DNA of 64,000 nucleotides, taken from the NCBI GenBank assembly GCA_019057385.1, contig JAHQJS010000004.1, positions 1,169,068 through 1,233,067 of the forward strand, written 5' to 3'. The notes beneath the pieces were generated by a model. The model ran no database searches, was not told where the DNA came from, and saw only the letters and a program-made list of their open reading frames with translations. The DNA comes from Candidatus Borrarchaeum weybense (lineage in GTDB: Archaea > Asgardarchaeota > Sifarchaeia > Borrarchaeales > Borrarchaeaceae). Below are positions 42,371-50,913 of the stretch, one piece after another; position 1 is the stretch's first letter, and each line of letters starts with the position of its first letter. Made by a program: the position numbers and the translations under genes.

Positions 42371-43579
42371 TCATATCGCTAAAGAGTCACTCATTAAGTG
42401 CGGAATATTCCCACAGGGACATTGTTTTGTATCCTTTAGTTCTATCCACTTCTTTGTATCACTAGCGTAACGAGGTTTTAGTTTAAAAATCAATACTAAT
42501 TCTTGCCCGGTTGATAAAAGTTGTTTTCCTTCTATCTTAACTACTACCTTGTTCTTTTTTACATCAACTGTCCATTCGAATGGCTCAGCAATCTCGCTAT
42601 ATGATTTGGTTAGATTAATCTCGCCTATTTTTCGCTTATGATCCATTAGAATTTCGCATGATACTGCGCCATTGAATTTGGAAAATTCATAACTAAGTTT
42701 AAGCGCGTCTAAACGCCTAAGTTTTAGCCAATAGTGAAAACATGCTGAAAACTTGTTTTTATTCAGTTTACAAACGTACATTCTCTTTTTATCTTGAATA
42801 TTGATCGTATATGACTCACCTAGTCGTAAGTTGTTATAGTAACTCTTAATAATTTCCGGTGAGACGGTAGCATTTGCGATCGTTAAATCCTTCAATTTAT
42901 GGGTGAAGACATTTGGCTCGTAGGGAAGAGACTCATCAAATTCATTTGTAATCTCAACTTCATAAGGGTCATTAGAAGAAAACAAAGTAACATAAGTGAT
43001 GAAAGGAGCCCTATTTGATAATTTTAAATATTTTCTTCGCTCAAAATAGTCCATTAACCCATCACGTCGAATTTTCCATGTAATATCCTTTGTAAGTAGC
43101 CAATGTATTTGCGTATGATTTGTAAAGAATTCAAAGAGGTCGGAATAACGAGATATCTCATTTTCAGATGCTACTTTACTCTGAAAATCGACAGGAATAT
43201 CCTTTGTAAAATATGAGGAGGGTAGGCTTCGTCCAAAGTACAAAATTCGTTTCTTTATCGTCCAAAAATCAGCAAGAGCCTTTTTTCTCTTCTTCTTTTC
43301 CTTATTGATAAGTTCTAATTGTTCCAGTGCATTTAATGCCCTTCTTACATTAGCTAATGGTTCTTGTAGCTGATCTGCCAAATCATGTGTAAAGAACCCT
43401 TTTTTGTTTTCGAGAAGTCGAGCATATGCTTTGAGGGCAGTATCATTTTTCCAGCCCATTACCTTTCCGAATGCTTCAATTTTATCTTTATTATTCATCA
43501 TATCCTCTGAAAGGATAAATTCGCTTGCAGTAGATTTCGATTCTGAGTTTTTGAGTTTCTTTTTAGGCAATAGACTCAC
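42371..43579 (-). CDS. Hypothetical protein: N-terminal winged HTH (TFE/TrmB-like) plus unknown beta-rich domain
   Basis: DLADQLQEPLANVRRALNALEQLELI...FW pattern. Confidence 0.6.
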   Translation of the reverse strand: MSLLPKKKLKNSESKSTASEFILSEDMMNNKDKIEAFGKVMGWKNDTALKAYARLLENKKGFFTHDLADQLQEPLANVRRALNALEQLELINKEKKKRKKALADFWTIKKRILYFGRSLPSSYFTKDIPVDFQSKVASENEISRYSDLFEFFTNHTQIHWLLTKDITWKIRRDGLMDYFERRKYLKLSNRAPFITYVTLFSSNDPYEVEITNEFDESLPYEPNVFTHKLKDLTIANATVSPEIIKSYYNNLRLGESYTINIQDKKRMYVCKLNKNKFSACFHYWLKLRRLDALKLSYEFSKFNGAVSCEILMDHKRKIGEINLTKSYSEIAEPFEWTVDVKKNKVVVKIEGKQLLSTGQELVLIFKLKPRYASDTKKWIELKDTKQCPCGNIPHLMSDSLAI

Positions 43580-43935
43580 AGTTCAGTTTTTTTACAATTA
43601 TCTCATTCGTCCTATAAAATTTTTTGTAACAGCTTTTTTATTTCATCAAAACTTCAAACCTTAATCAATACACACAAGAAATAAGCATCCAATATCAAAA
43701 TAAAACACTTAAACAAGTTTTATCCTGGTTATTTTTGCTCCTCAGCGGATTTTTAGTCTTTATATCGATTTAACATTCAAGTACAACTGTGAACCTGTTA
43801 CAATTTCTGTCATTGGAAATCCCTAAATTCGCTGATTGATAAAAAGAGTATAGAGCATTAAATTCCTGTTTTGAGTACATTTCCGACAAAAACTAGTATA
43901 TTTGAAAATAAGAGGCATATCTAAGGAGGAATTCC

Positions 43936-44493
43936 ATGGAAGAAATGGATGCAAAGCACATGAACGAACAAGATAGTAAGATGAAGATCTTCGCGGATAG
44001 TAAGGAAGCTGCGTTAACCGCGATAATGGCAGCGTTATATGCTGTTCTTACATGGGTTGTAGCCCCGATTGCTTATGGTCCAATACAATTTCGAGTGAGT
44101 GAAGGATTAAAGGGATCTGTAATTAAAAAGAAGGTTCTTATTATTAGCTTTATTATTGGGAATGCGTTATCCAATATATTTAGCCCCCAGGCAGGTATTT
44201 GGGAATTTCTCTGGATGCCCTTTTGGAACCTCATCGGTGGTGGATCATGTTATCTCATTGCCAATAAACTTACTTACAACTTTAATTACAAAGATGGAGA
44301 ATACAACCTATTCTATTTTGTTGGTGCTTTCGTGTATGCGTTCTGCATAGCATTCGCTGTAGCATTCATGCTCGCAATTCTCTTTGCCCTTCCCTTTTGG
44401 ATCCTACTTCCAGTACTTCTTCTACCAGAAGCCATACTGATCGTCGGTCTTACACCTGTAATGACTCGTATTATGAATGAAATAGAGTGGTAA
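43936..44493 (+). CDS. queT: QueT-family queuosine-precursor transporter (ECF S component)
   Basis: AALYAVLT...PIAYGPIQFRVSE signature, multiple TM helices. Confidence 0.85.
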   Translation: MEEMDAKHMNEQDSKMKIFADSKEAALTAIMAALYAVLTWVVAPIAYGPIQFRVSEGLKGSVIKKKVLIISFIIGNALSNIFSPQAGIWEFLWMPFWNLIGGGSCYLIANKLTYNFNYKDGEYNLFYFVGAFVYAFCIAFAVAFMLAILFALPFWILLPVLLLPEAILIVGLTPVMTRIMNEIEW

Positions 44494-44543
44494 GACCATA
44501 ACCACTTTTTCCTTACTGTTTTTCTATACTTATGGGATTAGGT

Positions 44544-44792
44544 TTACTTGAAAAGCCAATCTTCTCTTTTCTTTTTCATATGAGTCTCCAAGACAGTCTT
44601 TGTATGAATGTCTCCTACTGTTTCAAAAACCATGTGTGACTGAAGGGGTTTTTTTCTAGCTGGTTCAAATCCCTGAACTGGGCACAGTTCTATTGGTGTT
44701 TTAGCTAGAACTTTATGTTCAAAACAATCGCCTTTGACTTCATCTACTGGTTTGTAGTATTTACAATCCCTACAAATGAACTCTTCACGCAT
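44544..44792 (-). CDS. Small four-Cys protein (possible Fe-S/Zn; BssC/HpdC-like Cys spacing)
   Basis: CRDC...KGDC...CP..GF; its 5' UTR is split by the adjacent element. Confidence 0.6.
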   Translation of the reverse strand: MREEFICRDCKYYKPVDEVKGDCFEHKVLAKTPIELCPVQGFEPARKKPLQSHMVFETVGDIHTKTVLETHMKKKREDWLFK

Positions 44793-44794
44793 TT

Positions 44795-45123
44795 CCCTTA
44801 GGGAAGCGCCTGCCCTTTAGGGTGGGGAAGAATTGAGGGTGTTTTTCACTTTTATTAGGGCCTCTCCACTTTTAAATACGTGTTCTGAGATAGAGGTACG
44901 TGGTCTAAAGGCACACCTCTCATAGAAGTGGAAATGGTTAATGACCTCAAGGATGAGGAGCAGTAAACTGGTATAGCCCGACTCTATATGAGGATTACTG
45001 GGCTGGGCTGCGGTAAACACGCCCATGTGTTAGCGTGCGATGAGGTTGAAACTCTTTTGCAAAGAAGAGGACTGAGACCAAGCACAGCTAAAAGCCTCAC
45101 TGCTTTAGCGTGAGGTAGTTTAC
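44795..45123 (+). mobile_element. Protein-less IS200/IS605-type element carrying a promoter and a structured RNA
   Basis: Left hairpin CCTGCCC-TTTA-GGGTGGG, TTTAAATA 44871-44878, right hairpin CCTCAC..GTGAGG ending GTAGTTTAC; flanked by ACGCATTTCCCTT direct repeat. Confidence 0.85.
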
Positions 45124-45322
45124 GCATTTCCCTTCCTCTCCTTTTATCAAATGAAATCGGAATCTTTCACAACGTCATTATATCGATTTATTCATGCAAG
45201 ATTAGTTGTTATTGTATCACTATAATATATTTTCATGATATAAAATATTTTGTATGAGTTTTTTGACGAAAACTATTAATCCTTAAAACAATTAAGATAA
45301 TGTTCTAAAATGGTCTTAGGAG

Positions 45323-46369
45323 GTGAATCTATTAGTAGGATCTTACAGGCTGACTAAAGCAGTAAGGGTTCATGGTTGATCCTGTAAGTTGCCCCAAGCA
45401 GACCTAGAAAAGTTACTAGAGAGCATAGAAGTCTATCTACCCGAAGGTTCAGTTAAAGAGAAAATGTTAGCAGGAGCAGGAGATGACGCCGCAGTAATAC
45501 AGATTAGAGATGATCTAGCACTTATTGAAACTGTAGATTTTTTCACACCAAATATTGACGAGCCAATGATTCAAGGAGAAATCTCTGCATGTAATACAAC
45601 TAATGACATTTATGCGATGGGCGCTGTAGACATTCTTAGTGTACTAGTTGTTATGGGTGCACCAACAAATATGCCTTTTGAAATCTCTCGAGATCTTTTA
45701 AAGGGATTTAAAAATTTCTGTGAACGTCTAGGAACACACATTGTCGGCGGACATACTATAATAAATCCATGGCCTTTCATTGGTGGTTGCGCACTAGGTT
45801 TGGCGCACCCAAATAGCGTTGTCTATAATCGCGGTGCAAAAGTTGGAGACATTCTTCTCTTAACAAAACCTTTAGGAACGCAACCTGCGATGGCAGCATA
45901 TCGTTTACTCAAAGAAGAACAACAATTAATTGATTTATCTGAATATTTACCCACTAAAGTAATTGATCGTGCAATACAAAAAGCAATTGAGATAATGACA
46001 ACAACAAACAGGCCAATAGCAAAAATTATGCAGGAAATCAAGGTTAATGCCGCAACGGATGTAACCGGCTTTGGATTGACTGGGCATGCACGTGAAGTAG
46101 CAACACAAAGCAAGGTAAATATTGTGATTGATACTATGCCGATCATAAAAGGAACTAATATCCTTTCTGATCAACTAGGCTATTCATTAATGGAGGGTAC
46201 ATCTGCAGAGACTGCTGGAGGAATGTTACTCTCGTTATCACGTGATAATGTTGATCTATTCAAAGAAAAACTAATAGAAAGAGGAATAAAATCCTTTGAA
46301 ATAGGGCATGTTAAGGAGGGCAGCGGACAGGTGAATATTGTGCCTGATATAAGAATTATTGAAGTTTAG
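45323..46369 (+). CDS. selD: Selenophosphate synthetase, selenocysteine-containing (UGA 45377-45379)
   Basis: In-frame N-terminus YRLTKAVRVHG-TGA-SCKLP upstream of the called start; GDDAAV, TVDFFTP, NDIYAMG, GGHT, LTKPLGT, TDVTGFGL, ETAGG. Confidence 0.95.
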
Positions 46370-46443
46370 ACGGCGCGTAATGAAAAAGACAGAAACCGCA
46401 AGGAGGGTCTTTAGAGCTTTCCACCAATGCAGGTGGCACCGTC
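46369..46443 (+). promoter_or_regulatory. 3'-UTR SECIS-like element with AUGA/GA kink-turn core
   Basis: Outer stem GACGGCGC/GCACCGTC; ATGAA 46380-84, stem AAAGAC/GTCTTT, apical AAA plus CC-GCAA-GG, AGAG 46413-16. Confidence 0.75.
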
Positions 46444-46463
46444 AATATCCTCATATCTAAATT

Positions 46464-47372
46464 CTATTTCTCTCCATAGTCAACATTGCCAAATGCTTTG
46501 TTGTATTCATTGCTGAGTAACTCGTCGACCACATGCGTATACTTCTGCGTCGTAGATAGATTTGAATGCCCCAGCTGTTGTTGAATAACCCTTACATCCA
46601 TACCTCTGGATAAAGCAGTCGTAGCAAAGAAATGTCGTAGTTTATGACAACTGATAGCGGGATTTATACCTGCCAGATCTCGATATTTTGCAACTATATG
46701 TTGAATGGTACGAATGGCAATTCTTTTCCCATTCCTACTTATAAATAATGCATCATTTTCTTCGATCTTAGGTCGGATTTTTAAGTAATCGTTGATTAGA
46801 TCAAGCGCTGTAGTGCTAATTTTAACGTATCTGTGTTTTCCTCCCTTTGAAACAAGCCTTAGCGTTTCCTTTTCAAAATTGATATCTTTTAAACTCAAGT
46901 TATGGATGCCTTTTACACGAGCTCCAGTATAGATAAAAACAGCTAAAATCGCTAAATCACGAGTCTTATAATTTGAATTTCCTTCTTTGACAGTCTCAAT
47001 AAGTTTATGTATTTCTTTTTCCGTGGGAAAAATTGGCAATGTATGATCTAGTTTTGGTGTTTTGATTTCACCCATTGGACTTGTCTTAAGGTATTTCTCT
47101 CTTAACAAAATGTCATAGAATGTTCTGAGAGTCGAAACCTTTCGAGCTAAAGTGGTTTTTTTGTATCCTTTATCGCGTTTTAAATGAACTAAGAAGGCTC
47201 TAATATCTCTTGTTGTGGCATTTATAAGGGGTTTTTTAGTGAACTTGGAGAACAACGTCAGATCGTGAAGATACTGATTAAGGGAGGAACTTGCAAGCCC
47301 TTCTTCAACTTCTTTGATCACACGGAATTGATCGATTAATTCTTCATCAGATAAAACTTTTGTTTCCGACAT
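46464..47372 (-). CDS. xerA: Xer-type tyrosine recombinase
   Basis: SAM-like N-domain; catalytic R (GARV), K (SKGGK), HKLRH, LGH, Y (TQKYT). Confidence 0.85.
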   Translation of the reverse strand: MSETKVLSDEELIDQFRVIKEVEEGLASSSLNQYLHDLTLFSKFTKKPLINATTRDIRAFLVHLKRDKGYKKTTLARKVSTLRTFYDILLREKYLKTSPMGEIKTPKLDHTLPIFPTEKEIHKLIETVKEGNSNYKTRDLAILAVFIYTGARVKGIHNLSLKDINFEKETLRLVSKGGKHRYVKISTTALDLINDYLKIRPKIEENDALFISRNGKRIAIRTIQHIVAKYRDLAGINPAISCHKLRHFFATTALSRGMDVRVIQQQLGHSNLSTTQKYTHVVDELLSNEYNKAFGNVDYGEK

Positions 47373-47545
47373 ATTCGAAACTTCCGCAAGAACGGTATTT
47401 AGTTATTCTAATTTTGATTCATAGATTTAAAGCTTTATATTTTTAAGATTTCTGAGATTTTTATCCGCTTTTGTAGAGGATAAACATTAATATCGGGATG
47501 TTTTATTTCAAATGATCTAAAAGGTTTAGTAACATCTTGATAAGA

Positions 47546-47875
47546 TCATTTTAGAATCCTTTTCCATTTTGGTAAGTCTCTTTGTCTGTATTTTTCAATT
47601 ACCTTTATTAAGACCGCTTCGAGATCAATATTTCTCTTATTTGCCAAAGATATCAGTACAAATAGTAGATCACCAATTTCTAATTCTAATTCCGCTTCAA
47701 AATTGATGTGCGAATCTTCTTTTGCTATAGGACGAAATCCTTTTAGGCGCTGCAAAACGTGTGCAATTTCACCTAATTCTTCTATCATTCGAGCTAAGAT
47801 AATGGGATCTTCCCAGTATCCTCCTATTTCATTGATAAATTCATCAACGATTTTTTGAAGTTCTCGTAATTCCAA
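47546..47875 (-). CDS. MazG-like nucleotide pyrophosphohydrolase (YpjD-like)
   Basis: GYW, EELGEIA, EIGDLLF. Confidence 0.88.
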   Translation of the reverse strand: MELRELQKIVDEFINEIGGYWEDPIILARMIEELGEIAHVLQRLKGFRPIAKEDSHINFEAELELEIGDLLFVLISLANKRNIDLEAVLIKVIEKYRQRDLPKWKRILK

Positions 47876-48091
47876 TGGTCTTCCCTCATCAGTGATATAT
47901 TGAAAAAATGTAATTTTTTAATCTTATTTTGTAAGAATTTATCTAGTAACAAAACTCCTTTTCTGAGTTCCTCTATCAGATCTCAAGGGATGGATATGAA
48001 CGCAATCAGATCTCTTACTGAAGTAATTCTCACAAAATATAAAAATAATGATTGTGGTGCTTTTACTAAGTAACGAAGCGAAGTGATATCC

Positions 48092-48580
48092 ATGAGGATT
48101 GAGTTACCAGGTAAAAACTGCGAAAACTGCGGTAAATGCGTTATTCTATGCCCAGATAATCTTTATGTCGTTGACCTGACCACAGAAAAAGCGGTAATAG
48201 CTGATGATACCGTTTTTAATGAATTAGAAGATCGTATAAGTGGCGCCTTACTTACATTAATTAAGGAGCAAATACATAGTGATGGAAAAGTTACCGATGA
48301 TGAAAAAGCGCTCCTAGGTGTTATCACACGTAGTTTCTCAACGTTTAGTAATATGAGAAAAGTCGCGGAGCCAATTCTATTTTCAGCAAAAAAATATCTC
48401 TTCAAAAAAATCTGGGAAGAAGCAATAAAGGACGATGTCATTAGCGAAGATGAGCAAGCAATACTTGACATCATGGTTGATAAATTAAAAATCGCCCCAA
48501 ATGAAAAAGAACAATTCATTTCGGAAGTTGAAGCCGAAGCGGCAGCTATTAAGAAGTTAAAGCAAAAATTGGCAAAGTAG
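48092..48580 (+). CDS. 4Fe-4S motif fused to TerB-like repeated D[GD]x[VI][TS]xDE helices
   Basis: CENCGKCVILCP; DGKVTDDEKALL and DDVISEDEQAIL. Confidence 0.65.
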   Translation: MRIELPGKNCENCGKCVILCPDNLYVVDLTTEKAVIADDTVFNELEDRISGALLTLIKEQIHSDGKVTDDEKALLGVITRSFSTFSNMRKVAEPILFSAKKYLFKKIWEEAIKDDVISEDEQAILDIMVDKLKIAPNEKEQFISEVEAEAAAIKKLKQKLAK

Positions 48581-48764
48581 GTTTTCACCATAATTATTTA
48601 TAACAAGCCTTCCTTTTTGATTTTAAAACTTACCTTTTTACTGAGATTACTGTTCTAGTGGATTTTTTTAGTTTTTACGCGTCTTTTAATTTTATAGGGG
48701 TCATGTTTGTTCACTTTCTTCACAGATCCAAAATTCTCGATAGGAATATCTAAATCAGTTAGGT

Positions 48765-49095
48765 GTGAACTACCACCTAACGAGTGAGGTGGCTTCTGTC
48801 CTCCTAGACTGTTCTGCTTAGCCAACACGGTTGGACACATGCAGCCTAGTCATCGACAGTTCGGGCTGGTCAACGGCAGCCCCCGTCCCTCAAGGGACAC
48901 TTGAGGTCCGACAGTACCCTCATCGGTACTGTGTCTTGTGTACGCCCTTCACGCTAAGCCAGACACCTTGGATACCGCATATTTTTATTGTAATTAACTG
49001 CTATTTAAGTTGAAGGAGACCTGTGTGAAAGTGAAACAAGTAAAAGACGCAATTCATCCCCCCAACAAGTTAGGAGGTCTTCTTGCGGTAGATCT
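48765..49095 (-). mobile_element. Protein-less IS200/IS605-type element (same left end as the 7675 element) carrying a promoter and a structured RNA
   Basis: Minus strand: TTTAT-AGATCTACCGCAAGAAGACC...GGGGGGATGAA..TGTTTCACTTTCAC closely matches 7670-7746; CTTAAATA box; right end GAAGCCACC...GGTGGTAGTTCAC. Confidence 0.9.
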
Positions 49096-49208
49096 ATAAA
49101 TTGTAGAAAGACCTTTCGTCAACGGTGATGCCTCCTTTTATGAAGGAAGATTTATCCACAGTTAGGTATAAAATATAGAAAGACCTCACATAAGTAGTGG
49201 TGAAAAAT

Positions 49209-49844
49209 ATGCCTTTACAACCATTCACAAGGAATTTTAAAGATGAAAGTACACATACAGGATTTCAGTTTACATTTTATTGCGACAATTGTGGCGACGG
49301 CTACAAAACAAAATTCATAGAGTCAAAATCCTACAAGAAGAAAGGCCTTCTAAGAAAACTTTCAAAGGCAGTCTCAACTGCAGGCCGTTTTACTGGAACT
49401 GGGTCATTTAGTCTTGGATATGGATATGAAAGTTATCCGCCTGCATGGCATAAAGAGCACGAAAAAGCTTTTGAAAAAGGCTGGAACGAAGCCATAGAAC
49501 ATTTCCATAAATGTCCGAACTGTGGTAAACATGTCGATGACAACTGCTGGAATGGCCAGACGGATCTTTGCACAAAATGTTCCCCAAGAGAAGCAATAGA
49601 AGTAGCTGTAGCAAGATCGGATAAAATGAGGACAGATATAAGGGCAAAGGCTGCCCAGACTGAAGTATTTACTGGAGAAGTCGATAAAAGAACGACATTA
49701 TGTCCAGAGTGCGGTCAACCTGCTGGCGAAGGCAAATTCTGTAGCGAATGTGGTGCCCCTCTCGCACAAATCCAATGTCCCAATTGTGGAACACCGCTTA
49801 AACCTGGCACAAAGTTCTGCAACGAATGTGGAAAGAAACTCTGA
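49209..49844 (+). CDS. Double zinc-ribbon (DZR) protein
   Basis: GFQFTFYCDNCG and multiple CxxC pairs (CPECG, CSECG, CPNCG, CNECG). Confidence 0.85.
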   Translation: MPLQPFTRNFKDESTHTGFQFTFYCDNCGDGYKTKFIESKSYKKKGLLRKLSKAVSTAGRFTGTGSFSLGYGYESYPPAWHKEHEKAFEKGWNEAIEHFHKCPNCGKHVDDNCWNGQTDLCTKCSPREAIEVAVARSDKMRTDIRAKAAQTEVFTGEVDKRTTLCPECGQPAGEGKFCSECGAPLAQIQCPNCGTPLKPGTKFCNECGKKL

Positions 49845-49926
49845 AAAAAACGTCTTAGCATCGTTTAAAAGAATAGTACAAAATTTGTACTGTTATCACC
49901 CCCTAATTTTTTCTTTCTTAAAATAA

Positions 49927-50913
49927 TTATTCTCCTTTTTCCAATATGACAGACGTCTTTGGGTACGGAATTTCTATGTCTTTATCTGTTAATGCGTTTT
50001 TAATGTTTGCCAGCATTCTGCTCTCGGTTTCGAAAAGTCCTCCTGCCTTAGTTGTATCCACAAAAACCTTTGCTTCCATATTAACAGAAGATTCGCCAAA
50101 TTTTGTTATGACTACCTCTATCGGAGTAAAATAGCCCTGACCATCTATTCCTTCTTTTGCTGTAGCAGGGTCATTTCTCAGAACTTCTTGTATAATTTTT
50201 ATGGCTTTCGATACGTCTGACTCGTAAGATATATTAATCTTATGAAAAAGTCTTCTTAACCGGTGCTCTGAATAATTAACTATTGCTTCCTTATCAACCA
50301 TCGAATTAGGCAGGTTAATTGGAGTATTGTCAGGCGCAACTATAGTTATTGAACGCAAACTCATAGTCCTAACTGTGCCTACTATGTTTTTCCCTTTAAG
50401 GTGAATCCAATCTCCGATCTTGAACGGCTTGTCAAGTATGAGGGATACCCCAGAGATGAAGTTAGAAAATGTCTGCTGCGCAGCAAGCCCCAAAACGATA
50501 CCTGCAAAACCTGCACCGACTAATAAGCCCTGAATAATTCCAACAAGTTCAAATACTCCTAAAGTCCATATAACAGCTACGACTAAAATACTGATTTTAA
50601 TCAGGTTTTTGATTAACATACTTACTCTGAGAGGTATGTCCTTAACCCGTTCTATCACTTTGATATAAACTTCTATACTTAGTCTTACAACGTACACTGC
50701 GCCAATCCATATAATTGCTATCAGTACCAATTGAGCCATGAAAGGATTGTTTGTACTGAACAGCACCCAATAAGAATTGAGGTTGTATCGCAACACAAGA
50801 AAGATCAAAATCGCTAAGATAACGATTATTGGAATCAACTTACGGCTTAATATGCCGCCTACAGTCTCTCGTACGTTATAGTTCTTTATTTTCTTAATTT
50901 CTATCTCCTCCAA
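49927..50913 (-). CDS. mscS: MscS-family channel (paralog of 10646..11626)
   Basis: Same motifs as the first copy, visibly high identity. Confidence 0.9.
   Translation of the reverse strand: MEEIEIKKIKNYNVRETVGGILSRKLIPIIVILAILIFLVLRYNLNSYWVLFSTNNPFMAQLVLIAIIWIGAVYVVRLSIEVYIKVIERVKDIPLRVSMLIKNLIKISILVVAVIWTLGVFELVGIIQGLLVGAGFAGIVLGLAAQQTFSNFISGVSLILDKPFKIGDWIHLKGKNIVGTVRTMSLRSITIVAPDNTPINLPNSMVDKEAIVNYSEHRLRRLFHKINISYESDVSKAIKIIQEVLRNDPATAKEGIDGQGYFTPIEVVITKFGESSVNMEAKVFVDTTKAGGLFETESRMLANIKNALTDKDIEIPYPKTSVILEKGE

Noticed and set aside
43860-43900. preQ1-I riboswitch upstream of queT (AAAAACTAG tail)
   Set aside because: No P1 stem or conserved loop upstream of the A-tract
45030-45060. Hammerhead ribozyme (GATGAG...GAAAC) in element 2
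   Set aside because: CUGAUGA core incomplete and no stem II
46464-47372. Integrase of a provirus or genomic island
   Set aside because: Looks like a housekeeping Xer; no tRNA, att repeats or viral genes nearby
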